Source: a virus
Taxonomy: Duplodnaviria; Heunggongvirae; Uroviricota; Caudoviricetes
Virus record (IMG/VR): IMGVR_UViG_2740892210_000013
DNA: 37,133 bases
Direction: 5' to 3' (one strand)
The notes beneath the pieces are model-generated. The model searched no databases. It was given only the letters and a program-made list of their open reading frames with translations, and was not told the DNA's origin. Of this stretch, positions 18,746 to 28,561 are shown piece by piece. A program made the position numbers and the translations under genes. Each line of letters opens with the position of its first letter. Within the stretch, counting starts at the first letter, position 1.

Positions 18746-19137
18746 AGCTCTGGCCCACGCTTGGCGTCGCTTTCCTTCTGATTACATCCATGCGTCTGTC
18801 GTGGTCGCTGGGCCGGGAGAACGCCAGAAACGAAGCGCAGGCCAGCACCCTGAAAAGTACCGTCGACACACTGAATATCATCAGCGCCGGGGTACAGGAT
18901 ATGCAGCAGGTGCTGGCTCAGCTCCGCGCGGAAAATCAGCAACGCAATCAGGACGGAGAGGTAAGACGTGAACAGCTACGCAACGATATTGCAAAAGATG
19001 AATGCGCCCACGCTTTGCCTGACGCTCGTTTTACTGACAGGTTGCGCAGGCACGCAGAACGCGCCAGGGCCAGCGCCGTCAGTCCGGCTTATACCGCAGA
19101 CGCTGACCATGCCGGTAACGCCTCCCCCCTTCCCTGA
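18742..19137 (+). CDS. lysB: Rz-like inner-membrane spanin (LysB equivalent)
   Basis: Internal ATG (MKLWPTLGVAFLLITSMRL...) overlapping the endolysin stop; N-terminal transmembrane helix then coiled-coil-like region. Confidence 0.6.
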   Translation: MKLWPTLGVAFLLITSMRLSWSLGRENARNEAQASTLKSTVDTLNIISAGVQDMQQVLAQLRAENQQRNQDGEVRREQLRNDIAKDECAHALPDARFTDRLRRHAERARASAVSPAYTADADHAGNASPLP

Positions 19138-19279
19138 CCCACCCACATGGGGAAACCTCGGAATATGGGGCGACCGCCTTCTGGATGCACTGGAAACCTG
19201 TAACGCGGATAAACGGGCCATTGCTGAACTGGATAAGAGAATAGCCGAACTGACACACCAGACGGGAGTAACACAATGA
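18998..19279 (+). CDS. lysC: Rz1-like outer-membrane lipoprotein spanin (LysC equivalent), embedded in the +1 frame of lysB
   Basis: MNAPTLCLTLVLLTGC lipobox; Pro-rich; overlaps the lysB 3' end. Confidence 0.5.
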   Translation: MNAPTLCLTLVLLTGCAGTQNAPGPAPSVRLIPQTLTMPVTPPPFPDPPTWGNLGIWGDRLLDALETCNADKRAIAELDKRIAELTHQTGVTQ

Positions 19280-21153
19280 CCAGTAAGAACTTTGCACTGA
19301 TTACAGCCATGACACAGGCTGAACTGACTCAAAAGGTGAATGAACATCTTGCGAAAGGGTGGCATCTTCAGGGGGAGACGCGGGTTGCCTACGAACCCGG
19401 CACCCCGTGGTATCTAATGCAGGCAATGGTGGCCGATGGCACTACAGACATCTCACCTGATTCCCCCCAGCACGGCAGCGTGCCGGAGTGGTATTACGTG
19501 GTGGTACTTGCTGGTCAATCCAATGCCATGTCATATGGTGAGGGAATGCCGCTGCCGGATTCTTACGATGCGCCCCACCCACGCATTAAGCAACTGGCCC
19601 GTCGCAACACAGTGACTCCCGGTGGTAAAGCATGCGCATTTAACGACATCATTCCGGCAGACCACTGCCTGCATGATGTTCAGGATATGAGCGCACTGAA
19701 TCACCCGAATGCAGACCTGAGCAAAGGGCAGTATGGCTGTGTCGGACAGGGCTTGCATATTGCCAAACGCCTGTTGCCTTACATTCCACAGAATGCCGGG
19801 ATTTTACTGGTTCCATGCTGTCGTGGTGGTTCGGCATTCACCCAGGGCGCGGAGGGGACATTCAGCGAGTCCACAGGAGCCAGTCAGGATTCGGCTCGCT
19901 GGGGTGTGGGTAAACCTTTATATCAGGACCTGATTTTGCGCACGAAGGCCGCATTGCAGAAAAACCCAAAAAACATGCTGCTGGCCGTATGCTGGATGCA
20001 GGGCGAATTTGACATGAGCGCCGCTACGTACTCACAGCAACCTCCGCTGTTTACGGCCATGCTGAAACAGTTTCGTGCGGACATTACCGAGTTTAACACG
20101 CAGTGTCATGGAGGCAGAGCGGCAAGTGTGCCATGGATTTGTGGTGACACGACGTATTACTGGAAAAACACCTACGGCACGCAGTACGACACCATTTACG
20201 GGGCGTACAAAAACAGGGAGAGCGACAACGTTTTCTTTGTGCCGTTCCTGACCGATGGTAGTGGCAACAATACCTCCACCAACGCACCAACGGAAGATCC
20301 GGATGCTGCAAGTGAGGGATATTACGGTTCGGCATCCCGAACGAACAAAAACTGGGTATCATCAAATCGCCAGACGCATTTCAGCTCATGGGCGCGTCGT
20401 GGCATTATTCCCGATCGTATGGCAACCGCTATTCTGAACGTAGCCGGTCGCACCTTAGCCTTCATCAGTGGTAAGGCACCGGAAATCAAACCCTCGCCCG
20501 GCGGCGACACGCCATCGGGGCCGTCTGAAGATGCATCCGTACGCACAATCTCCCTGTTGCCGACAGCCGGAGATGCTGCTGCGCAGGGCTGGAGCATTAA
20601 GAATGGCGGAATTCAGTTGTCAGAGGGTGTATTTAAGATCACCAAGCAGAGCAATAAAACCTGGTCCCTGACGCGCCCGGTGGATGACGCAGTCTCCCTG
20701 CTGACACGGGGTGGCAGACTGAGCTGTAAGTTTCGACTGTCAGGCGCACTGACCAACAATCAGTTCGGTCTGGGAATTTATCTGTATACCGATGTAGCGT
20801 TACCTGACGTCGTGGCGATGACCGGGACTGGTAACCCGTTCCTGATGTCGTTCTTCACCCAGACCACAGACGGCAAACTGAATCTGATGCATCACAAGAA
20901 AGCAGGAAACACAAAGTTGGGCGAGTTCGGGAATTACAGTAACGACTGGCAGACGCTGGAGCTGGTGTTCACCGCCGGCAGTGCCACGGTTACTCCGAAA
21001 CTGAATGGAGTGGCTGGCCCGGCATTCCAGGTCATAAAAGACAGTCTGACACTGGGGCTGAATGCGCTGACGTTAACTGATATCACTAAAAATGCCGCGT
21101 ACGGCGTCGATATCGGCAGCCTGGTGCTGGAAATCAATAATCCCGCAGCATAA
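19276..21153 (+). CDS. NanS-p-like sialate O-acetylesterase (N-terminal DUF1737-like, SGNH/SASA esterase core, C-terminal beta-rich carbohydrate-binding-like domain)
   Basis: VVVLAGQSNAMSYGEG (GQSN motif of the SASA/SGNH esterase family); N-terminus resembles prophage NanS-p proteins; 625 aa; ATGA-coupled to lysC. Confidence 0.65.
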   Translation: MTSKNFALITAMTQAELTQKVNEHLAKGWHLQGETRVAYEPGTPWYLMQAMVADGTTDISPDSPQHGSVPEWYYVVVLAGQSNAMSYGEGMPLPDSYDAPHPRIKQLARRNTVTPGGKACAFNDIIPADHCLHDVQDMSALNHPNADLSKGQYGCVGQGLHIAKRLLPYIPQNAGILLVPCCRGGSAFTQGAEGTFSESTGASQDSARWGVGKPLYQDLILRTKAALQKNPKNMLLAVCWMQGEFDMSAATYSQQPPLFTAMLKQFRADITEFNTQCHGGRAASVPWICGDTTYYWKNTYGTQYDTIYGAYKNRESDNVFFVPFLTDGSGNNTSTNAPTEDPDAASEGYYGSASRTNKNWVSSNRQTHFSSWARRGIIPDRMATAILNVAGRTLAFISGKAPEIKPSPGGDTPSGPSEDASVRTISLLPTAGDAAAQGWSIKNGGIQLSEGVFKITKQSNKTWSLTRPVDDAVSLLTRGGRLSCKFRLSGALTNNQFGLGIYLYTDVALPDVVAMTGTGNPFLMSFFTQTTDGKLNLMHHKKAGNTKLGEFGNYSNDWQTLELVFTAGSATVTPKLNGVAGPAFQVIKDSLTLGLNALTLTDITKNAAYGVDIGSLVLEINNPAA

Positions 21154-21176
21154 GGAAGAGCAGGAGAGCAAAACAG

Positions 21177-21644
21177 ATGCTTAAGACAAACAGTCTGCGA
21201 GAGTCCATGCTTCATGGGTGTCGGTGGTGCCAGGCTAATCCCGAGAAATTCACCATTTTCGTGGAGAGCGGCAACATTGAAACGACCGGAGAAGCGCCCT
21301 CGTTTGTTTACCGCTATCAGATGGTGATGTTTGTCATGGATTACGCCGGAGAGCTGGACGACCTCACGCTGCCGCTGCTGGCGTGGTTATCCGAAAATCA
21401 GCCACAGTTGTTGCTCAATCCGGAGCGTAATCAGGACATCAAATTTTCTGCCGTTATCAATGACGATGACAGCGCCGATCTCCTGTTTACGCTCCCCCTG
21501 CGGGAACGCGTTCGCATCACGCGCAACAGTCAGGGCACACCGCAGGCAGAACACCTGCCGGAGCCAAAACCCCGTCTGCCTTCTTCCGAAGGCGACTGGT
21601 CGCATGTATTCCAGGATGTGACGTGGGGTGAAAGCGATGGATAA
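21177..21644 (+). CDS. R: Tail completion protein gpR
   Basis: 155 aa; MLKTNSLR... and AWLSENQP resemble P2 R. Confidence 0.75.
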   Translation: MLKTNSLRESMLHGCRWCQANPEKFTIFVESGNIETTGEAPSFVYRYQMVMFVMDYAGELDDLTLPLLAWLSENQPQLLLNPERNQDIKFSAVINDDDSADLLFTLPLRERVRITRNSQGTPQAEHLPEPKPRLPSSEGDWSHVFQDVTWGESDG

Positions 21645-22272
21645 GGCATTCACCCGCGTGGATGAAACCTTTGAGGCTATCCGCGACAGCCTGAATCAGC
21701 AGGCCATCAATAACATCGCCAGAAAGCTGGCACAGGATTTACGTCGCGCCCAGCAGGCACGTATCCGGTCACAAAAAGCGCCGGACGGGACCGAATGGAC
21801 ACCACGCAGACGCCGCGTAACCCGGATACAGGAGCGCATTCGCTTTATCTGGAATAACGAAGCACGCACGCTGAAAAACTGGCATCACGACACAGGGAAA
21901 TACGGGCGAACCATTACCGGGTGGGATGAGGATAAAAACAATATCCGCACGTTTTACCGGGATGACATCGACCGTTTTCTGGAAATACGCACCCGGCGCA
22001 TCAACCAGGACAGCACAAAGCGCGTCCCCATGTTCGTAAAACTGCGCACCGCCCGCTACCTGAAAGCCCGTGCAGATGCCTCCGGTGTGACGGTGGGTTA
22101 CAGCGGCGTGGCCGCACGTATTGCACGCGTTCATCAGTTCGGTGAGCGCGATCAGGTTGCGCCGGGCATTTTCACCGATTACCCGGTACGTGAGCTGTTG
22201 GGTATCAGCCAGGCAGATGAGCGCCTGATTTATAACACGGTGCTGGGCCGGATTGCGGAGGCTGTACGGTGA
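21628..22272 (+). CDS. S: Tail completion/virion morphogenesis protein gpS (longer than P2 S)
   Basis: APDGTEW motif region resembles P2 S; overlaps the R 3' end. Confidence 0.65.
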   Translation: MKAMDKAFTRVDETFEAIRDSLNQQAINNIARKLAQDLRRAQQARIRSQKAPDGTEWTPRRRRVTRIQERIRFIWNNEARTLKNWHHDTGKYGRTITGWDEDKNNIRTFYRDDIDRFLEIRTRRINQDSTKRVPMFVKLRTARYLKARADASGVTVGYSGVAARIARVHQFGERDQVAPGIFTDYPVRELLGISQADERLIYNTVLGRIAEAVR

Positions 22273-22850
22273 GCGCAGAACTCATGCGACTGCTGAGCAA
22301 CATCATCCGCACCGGGATCATCTCTGAAGTTGATGAGAAGTCCTGGCGCGTGCGCGTTCGCAGCGGCGAACTGGAAACAGGCTGGTTGCGCTGGAACACC
22401 ACGCGCGCGGGAGCCTTCAATGTGTGGCTGCCGCCATCACCAGGCGAACAGGTGGTAATTGCCTGCATTGGCGGCAACCCGGAAACCGCCATGATAATTG
22501 GCAGCCTGTGGAGTGATGCCAGTCCGGCCCCCGGCAAAAGCCTGAAAGAAATCGTGGTCAGCGCGCCGGATGGCGCGGTGTTCCGCTACGACGCAGACGC
22601 TGGCGCACTGAGCGCCAGCGGCATGAAAACAGCCACCCTGCAGGCATCCGTCAGCGTGACACTGGATACGCCCGTCGTGGAATGCACAAACCTTCTGAGA
22701 ACGGCGACGCTTGACGTCACAAAAGGGGGAAAGATGAGCGGCAATATCACGCACAGCGGCGGCAATTTCACCTCAAACGGCATTACCGTGCATACGCATA
22801 AGCACGGTGGCGTTAAAGGTGGCAGCGATTCGACAGGAGGCCCGCAGTGA
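22269..22850 (+). CDS. V: Baseplate spike protein gpV
   Basis: 193 aa; Gly-rich C-terminus (HTHKHGGVKGGSDSTGG) typical of gpV spikes. Confidence 0.85.
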   Translation: MSAELMRLLSNIIRTGIISEVDEKSWRVRVRSGELETGWLRWNTTRAGAFNVWLPPSPGEQVVIACIGGNPETAMIIGSLWSDASPAPGKSLKEIVVSAPDGAVFRYDADAGALSASGMKTATLQASVSVTLDTPVVECTNLLRTATLDVTKGGKMSGNITHSGGNFTSNGITVHTHKHGGVKGGSDSTGGPQ

Positions 22851-23197
22851 CAACCCGCTACACAGGAATGAACCCGGACGGGACGGGAAACCTGAACGAT
22901 ATGGAGCACCTGAAACAGTCAGTCAGGGACATCCTGATCACCCCGCTGGCAAGCCGGGTTATGCGACGGGAATATGGCAGCCTTGTGCCTGATTTGATTG
23001 ACGAACCCATGAATAACACCACGCGTCTGCAATGCATGAGTGCTGCCGTGATTGCGCTGACACGATGGGAACCCCGCATTGCCCTGGACGCCATCGACGT
23101 TGTCTGGAAGGCAGGAGGCCGCGCCGGGGTGACGCTGTCGGGCACTGTCATGCAGACCATGCAGAATGTTGAATTAACCATCACGCTAAGGGAGTAA
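22847..23197 (+). CDS. W: Baseplate wedge protein gpW (gp25-like)
   Basis: 116 aa; P2 W size and position. Confidence 0.8.
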   Translation: MTTRYTGMNPDGTGNLNDMEHLKQSVRDILITPLASRVMRREYGSLVPDLIDEPMNNTTRLQCMSAAVIALTRWEPRIALDAIDVVWKAGGRAGVTLSGTVMQTMQNVELTITLRE

Positions 23198-23200
23198 ATC

Positions 23201-24097
23201 ATGCCCGCCGTTGACCTTTCACAGTTACCGGACCCCGCCATCATCGCGGAGCCTGACTTTGAGGCAATTCTGGCTGACACAAAGGCCATGATAATTGCGG
23301 CTTATCCCGCCGAACAGCGTGAAGCCGTTTCCGCCGCGCTGGAGCTGGAATCGGAACCCCTTAACGTTATCGCTCAAACCATGTCTTTTCGTGAAATGCT
23401 GTTACGCCAGCGGGTTAACGAGGGGGCACGCGCCTGCATGTTAAGCCACAGCGCCGGGACAGACCTGGACAACCTCGCGGGCAATATGAACACAAAGCGC
23501 CTGGTTATCACTCCGGCAACGGATACCACCGACGCGGTGATGGAGAGCGACACCTCGCTGAGACTGCGGGCGCAGCGGGCGTATGACGGCCTGAGTGTTG
23601 CTGGCCCGTCAGGTGCATACGAGTATTTTGCACGCAGCGCCAACGGTCTGGTGCGTGATGCGCGGGCCATCAGCCCGTCTCCGGCCTGTGTGACGGTTTC
23701 CATTCTGTCCACTGAAGGCGACGGCACAGCAACGGAGGCGTTGCTTAATACCGTTCGCGCCGTTCTGAATGCAGAGGATACCCGCCCGGTGGCCGACCGC
23801 CTGACGGTACAGAGCGCCAGCATCGTGACATGGCGGCTGAATGCAAAACTGTACTTTTATCCCGGCCCGGAATCCGAACCTATTCTGGCCGCGGCGGAAT
23901 CGTCATTCAGGAAGTGGCTGGCTGAACAGGGGCTTATCGGTCAGGACGTGGCGTTGTCCGCCATTGCTGCCGCACTGCATGTGCACGGTGTGCAACGCGT
24001 GGAGATAACCGAACCCACACAGAATATGGCCATCAGCGACATACAGGCGGCGCGCTGTGAGTCATTCACCATCAGCGAAGGTGGGCGCAATGAGTAA
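23201..24097 (+). CDS. J: Baseplate protein gpJ
   Basis: 298 aa; P2 J size and position. Confidence 0.85.
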   Translation: MPAVDLSQLPDPAIIAEPDFEAILADTKAMIIAAYPAEQREAVSAALELESEPLNVIAQTMSFREMLLRQRVNEGARACMLSHSAGTDLDNLAGNMNTKRLVITPATDTTDAVMESDTSLRLRAQRAYDGLSVAGPSGAYEYFARSANGLVRDARAISPSPACVTVSILSTEGDGTATEALLNTVRAVLNAEDTRPVADRLTVQSASIVTWRLNAKLYFYPGPESEPILAAAESSFRKWLAEQGLIGQDVALSAIAAALHVHGVQRVEITEPTQNMAISDIQAARCESFTISEGGRNE

Positions 24098-24698
24098 TTC
24101 ACTGTTACCACCATCAGCCAGCAATTTCATGCGTTGTGCCGAAGCCGTCGGAACACGCATTACAGACATTCCGGTAGACCTCAACACGCTGTGGTCGCCG
24201 GACACCTGCCCGGTGCATCTGCTGCCTTATCTCGCCTGGGCGTTTTCCGTTGACCGCTGGGATCGCAACTGGCCGGAAGAGACAAAGCGACAGGTGATTC
24301 GTGATGCATGGCTGACACACCGACACAAAGGGACCATCAGCGCACTGCGAAGAGCCGTGGAGCCTCTCGGCTACCTGATTGAAGTAAAGGAGTGGTGGCA
24401 ACTCAACGAGGAGCCAGGAACATTTCGCATTGTTGTCGGAGTACTTGATCAGGGCATCACCGATGAAATGTATCAGGAACTTGAGCGCCTTATTGCGGAT
24501 GCAAAACCAGTAAGTCGCCATCTGACGGGGCTGGCGATCAGCCTGAGTGTGAACGGAAAGATTTTCGTTGGTACGGGATGCTATCACGGCGATGCCCTGA
24601 CGGTTTATCCCTACACCCCGGAGTCTATTATTGTCGAAGGGGATTATTTCCCTGCTCCGGCCATTCATTTAATTGATAATCTGAGAGTAAACGCATGA
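24090..24698 (+). CDS. I: Baseplate protein gpI
   Basis: Internal ATG (MSNSLLPP...) overlapping the J stop; size near P2 I. Confidence 0.75.
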   Translation: MSNSLLPPSASNFMRCAEAVGTRITDIPVDLNTLWSPDTCPVHLLPYLAWAFSVDRWDRNWPEETKRQVIRDAWLTHRHKGTISALRRAVEPLGYLIEVKEWWQLNEEPGTFRIVVGVLDQGITDEMYQELERLIADAKPVSRHLTGLAISLSVNGKIFVGTGCYHGDALTVYPYTPESIIVEGDYFPAPAIHLIDNLRVNA

Positions 24699-26710
24699 CA
24701 GCGAAATACTACGCCATTCTGACTAATCAGGGCGCGGAACGACTGGCTAACGCGACGATGCTCGGCAGTAAGCTGAATTTGACGCAAATGGCCGTTGGTG
24801 ATGCAAATGGTGTGTTACCAACACCAAACCCTGCACAAACAAAACTGATTAACCAGAAACGCATTGCACCGCTGAATCTTCTGAATGTTGACCCTAACAA
24901 TCAGAGCCAGATTATTGCGGAGCAAATCATCCCTGAAGACGAGGGAGGATTCTGGATCCGTGAGATTGGTCTTTATGATGATAAAGGTGTACTCATTGCG
25001 GTGGCAAACTGCCCGGAAACGTACAAACCGCAGTTGCAGGAAGGCAGTGGACGCACCCAGACTATCCGCATGATTCTGGTTGTCACGAACACCAAAGCCA
25101 TCACGCTGAAAATCGACCCGTCTGTGGTTCTGGCAACCCGCAAATATGTGGATGATAAAATCTCAAAGCACGAGCAGTCACGACGTCACCCGGACGCCTC
25201 GCTGACCGCAAAAGGCTTTGTTCAACTCAGTAGCGCCACTAACAGCGATTCTGAAACGCTGGCTGCAACGCCGAAAGCGGTTAAGGCCGCGTATGACCTT
25301 GCTAACGCAAAATATACCGCTCAGGACGCCACGACGGCACGAAAAGGCATTGTCCAGCTCAGTAGCGCCACCAACAGCGATTCAGAAACGCTGGCGGCAA
25401 CACCAAAGGCGGTAAAGGCAGCCTATGACCTTGCTAACGGGAAATATACCGCACAGGACGCCACGACGGCACAAAAAGGAATTGTCCAGCTCAGTAGTGC
25501 AACCAACAGCACATCTGAAACGCTTGCTGCAACACCGAAAGCAGTGAAAGCAGCTAATGACAATGCGAATGGTCGGGTACCTTCTGCCCGTAAGGTGAAT
25601 GGTAAGGCGCTTTCGGCGGATATAACACTGACGCCGAAAGATATTGGTACGCTTAACTCAACAACAATGTCATTCAGCGGTGGTGCTGGTTGGTTCAAAT
25701 TAGCAACGGTAACCATGCCACAGGCGAGTTCTGTTGTTTCAATTACGTTGATTGGTGGCGCTGGATTTAACGTCGGTTCACCTCAACAGGCAGGTATATC
25801 TGAACTTGTTTTGCGTGCAGGTAATGGTAATCCGAAGGGGATTACTGGTGCTTTATGGCAGCGCACATCGACAGGGTTTACAAATTTTGCCTGGGTCAAT
25901 ACATCTGGTGATACTTACGATATTTACGTTGCAATCGGAAATTATGCGACTGGTGTAAATATTCAATGGGATTATACCAGTAATGCCAGCGTGACGATTC
26001 ATACGTCACCAGCATATTCTGCTAATAAGCCGGAAGGGTTAACGGACGGTACAGTTTATTCACTCTATACGCCATCAGAGCAGTTTTATCCGCCTGGCGC
26101 ACCAATCCCGTGGCCATCGGATACCGTTCCGTCTGGTTATGCCCTGATGCAGGGGCAGACTTTTGACAAATCTGCATACCCAAAACTTGCAGCGGCTTAT
26201 CCGTCAGGCGTGATCCCTGATATGCGTGGCTGGACGATTAAGGGCAAACCCGCCAGTGGCCGGGCCGTATTGTCTCAGGAACAGGACGGCATTAAATCGC
26301 ACACCCACAGCGCCAGCGCATCCAGTACGGATTTGGGTACGAAAACCACATCGTCGTTTGATTACGGGACGAAAACAACCTCACTATTTGACTATGGGAC
26401 CAAAACTACCAGTAACGACGGGAGTCACACGCATTCAATACCAACATCAGATGGTGCAAACCAGGGGGGGAAAATTCCACTGACATCTGGGCGTCTGGCA
26501 ACTCAATATACATCAGCAACAACAGGTTCCTCTGGCTCACATTCTCATACTGTAGGTATTGGTTCTCATCAGCACACTGTCGGTATTGGTGCACACACGC
26601 ACTCCGTTGCGATTGGCTCACATGGACACACCATCACCGTTAACGCTGCTGGTAACGCGGAAAACACCGTCAAAAACATCGCATTTAACTATATTGTGAG
26701 GCTTGCATAA
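24695..26710 (+). CDS. H: Tail fiber protein gpH with internal tandem repeats and His-rich C-terminal receptor-binding region
   Basis: N-terminal ~170 aa and the repeated [43 protein letters not shown] unit match P2 H as I recall it; C-terminal [33 protein letters not shown] repeats. Confidence 0.9.
   Translation: MTAKYYAILTNQGAERLANATMLGSKLNLTQMAVGDANGVLPTPNPAQTKLINQKRIAPLNLLNVDPNNQSQIIAEQIIPEDEGGFWIREIGLYDDKGVLIAVANCPETYKPQLQEGSGRTQTIRMILVVTNTKAITLKIDPSVVLATRKYVDDKISKHEQSRRHPDASLTAKGFVQLSSATNSDSETLAATPKAVKAAYDLANAKYTAQDATTARKGIVQLSSATNSDSETLAATPKAVKAAYDLANGKYTAQDATTAQKGIVQLSSATNSTSETLAATPKAVKAANDNANGRVPSARKVNGKALSADITLTPKDIGTLNSTTMSFSGGAGWFKLATVTMPQASSVVSITLIGGAGFNVGSPQQAGISELVLRAGNGNPKGITGALWQRTSTGFTNFAWVNTSGDTYDIYVAIGNYATGVNIQWDYTSNASVTIHTSPAYSANKPEGLTDGTVYSLYTPSEQFYPPGAPIPWPSDTVPSGYALMQGQTFDKSAYPKLAAAYPSGVIPDMRGWTIKGKPASGRAVLSQEQDGIKSHTHSASASSTDLGTKTTSSFDYGTKTTSLFDYGTKTTSNDGSHTHSIPTSDGANQGGKIPLTSGRLATQYTSATTGSSGSHSHTVGIGSHQHTVGIGAHTHSVAIGSHGHTITVNAAGNAENTVKNIAFNYIVRLA
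25211..25570 (+). repeat. About 2.8 tandem copies of a 129-bp (43-aa) repeat inside H
   Basis: Amino-acid identical units with synonymous nucleotide differences, read directly. Confidence 0.8.
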
Positions 26711-27288
26711 TGGCATTCAGAATGAGTGAACAATCACGGACCATAAAAATTTATAATCTACTGACCGGAACCAATGAGTTTATTGGTGAAGGTGATGCAT
26801 ACATTCCACCTCATACAGGTCTGCCAGCAAACAGTACCGATATTGCCCCGCCAGATATTCCGGCTGGCTTCGTGGCCGTTTTCAACAGTGATGAGGCATC
26901 GTGGCATCTCGTTGAAGACCATCGGGGTAAAACGGTTTATGACGTGGCATCAGGGGACTCGTTATTTATTTCTGAACTCGGTCCATTACCGGAAAATGTT
27001 ACCTGGTTGTCGCCGTATGGAGAGTATCAGAAGTGGAACGGCACATCCTGGGGGAAAGATGCAGAAGCAGAAAAACTGTTTCGGATAAGGGAGGCGGAAG
27101 AAACAAAAAACAGCCTGATGCAGGTAGCCAGTGAGCATATTGCACCACTTCAGGATGCTATAGATTTAGATATTGCGACGGAGGAAGAGACATCGTTACT
27201 GGCTGCATGGAAGACATATCGAGTATTGTTGCATCGTGTTGATACAACAGTAGCAGCAGATATTGAGTGGCCAGTCGCCCCACAATAA
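26710..27288 (+). CDS. G: Tail fiber assembly chaperone gpG (Tfa)
   Basis: 192 aa directly after H with overlapping stop/start; Tfa-like size and position. Confidence 0.8.
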   Translation: MAFRMSEQSRTIKIYNLLTGTNEFIGEGDAYIPPHTGLPANSTDIAPPDIPAGFVAVFNSDEASWHLVEDHRGKTVYDVASGDSLFISELGPLPENVTWLSPYGEYQKWNGTSWGKDAEAEKLFRIREAEETKNSLMQVASEHIAPLQDAIDLDIATEEETSLLAAWKTYRVLLHRVDTTVAADIEWPVAPQ

Positions 27289-27297
27289 AAAGAAAAA

Positions 27298-27321
27298 GCC
27301 ATCGATAGAAATATCGATGGC
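27298..27321. terminator. Bidirectional stem-loop (GCCATCGATA-GAAA-TATCGATGGC) between G and the convergent acetyltransferase gene
   Basis: Perfect 10-bp inverted repeat followed by TTTATG; preceded by an A-run on the other strand. Confidence 0.55.
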
Positions 27322-27331
27322 TTTATGTACT

Positions 27332-27937
27332 CTATTTATACAATACAGCACCGCTCTTTTTAGTTATATATGTGCAGTTCGATGGTATATCTTTATTTAT
27401 AAAAGACATTGCACCTATTTTTACATTATCCCCAATTTTACGGGATAATCCAATGATGCAACAATTAGCTCCGATATCAACGTTGCTACCAATTTTTACT
27501 CTTGAACCAGGTATGTCACCATCTATCTGTCCAATGGTCGTATTCTGTCGTAACACCAGATTTTCACCAGCATCAACAGCAAAATGAACAACAATTCCAG
27601 CATGATGGGGAATTGTTAACCCTTTTCCAATATTTGCGCCCAATCCAATTTCGCAACCAAATTTGTTAATTATTTTACTGTTTAACTTCTTGGCTGCTTT
27701 CTTATGTAATTTATTACCATTAATATACATTTCGTTAGCCAACCGCCACCAGAAAAGGAAATTCCTGTTACGCTGCTTTTTCTCTCTTAAAAGCCTCCAG
27801 ATATCCATACGTTTCCGCCGAATTACTTCATGTTTCCAGAAGTTTTTTAAATTAGTAGAGTTCCCAAATAAAACAAAGTGAATTGCCATTAGGTAAGACA
27901 GCACGATAATCTCCTTAATTATTATTTCAGACCACAC
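27332..27937 (-). CDS. Hexapeptide-repeat (left-handed beta-helix) O-acetyltransferase, CysE/WcaB/NeuO-like; AT-rich cargo gene
   Basis: 201 aa; hexapeptide-like repeats GLGANIGKGLTIPHHAGIVV...IGSNVDIGANCCIIG...IGDNVKIGAMSFI; much lower GC than flanking phage genes. Confidence 0.7.
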   Translation of the reverse strand: MWSEIIIKEIIVLSYLMAIHFVLFGNSTNLKNFWKHEVIRRKRMDIWRLLREKKQRNRNFLFWWRLANEMYINGNKLHKKAAKKLNSKIINKFGCEIGLGANIGKGLTIPHHAGIVVHFAVDAGENLVLRQNTTIGQIDGDIPGSRVKIGSNVDIGANCCIIGLSRKIGDNVKIGAMSFINKDIPSNCTYITKKSGAVLYK

Positions 27938-27955
27938 ATGTTATAAGGTTAAGAG

Positions 27956-27984
27956 ATTATAAAATCCTGTTGTTTATTATTCAA
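27956..27984 (-). promoter_or_regulatory. Sigma70-like promoter for the acetyltransferase gene (TTGAAT, 17-bp spacer, TATAAT on the minus strand)
   Basis: Read directly; the -10 hexamer lies ~20 nt upstream of the ATG. Confidence 0.45.
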
Positions 27985-28060
27985 AAACAATTTTCTGAGA
28001 AGGACATACAACAGCAAGTCGCCAGTCACCTTCATCAGGAAATTGGCGACATACGTTAAA

Positions 28061-28555
28061 TCAGAGCAGCCCCTTAACTGAGCTGGCCGCGCTATTAAGG
28101 GATGATGTCACCTTATCTTTGAAGCCGGACAACATATCGCTGAACGATGAGGATTGCAGGCGCTCCCGCAAATCCTCATCACAGCGTTCAAGAGTCAGTG
28201 AAAATTCTATCTTTTTCGCCTTACCGTAGCGATCAAACTCGGAACGGGTCGTATTCGTTTCAGTCAGTACATACATGCCGTAAATCTGCCCGACACCATC
28301 AATCAGAGGCCAGGGCCGTCCTGTATATGCCTGCGTGGTCAGCAATGAAAGCGACACTTCGCCACCTGTAATTTCAGGATAAAGCACGCCGGAAAGCACA
28401 ATGCGATCATCACCTGCACCGATATACTGCCAGCTTGCTGAACGGTTAACGCGTTCATTTTTCACATGCCGCCAGCTTTTGTTTTGCTGTAACTGCTGAT
28501 GCGGCAATGTGCGCAGCTCAAAAACAAACATGCCGTAGATCATCATCATGACCAT
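28061..28555 (-). CDS. U: Tail protein gpU
   Basis: 164 aa; FVFELRTLP...YPEITGG...PWPLIDGVGQIYGMYV resembles P2 U. Confidence 0.8.
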   Translation of the reverse strand: MVMMMIYGMFVFELRTLPHQQLQQNKSWRHVKNERVNRSASWQYIGAGDDRIVLSGVLYPEITGGEVSLSLLTTQAYTGRPWPLIDGVGQIYGMYVLTETNTTRSEFDRYGKAKKIEFSLTLERCDEDLRERLQSSSFSDMLSGFKDKVTSSLNSAASSVKGLL

Positions 28556-28561
28556 GACTCC

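Noticed and set aside
27263-27881. Small plus-strand ORFs (27263..27448, 27372..27587, 27663..27881) in the AT-rich island
   Set aside because: All antisense to the acetyltransferase gene; AT-rich sequence produces spurious short ORFs.
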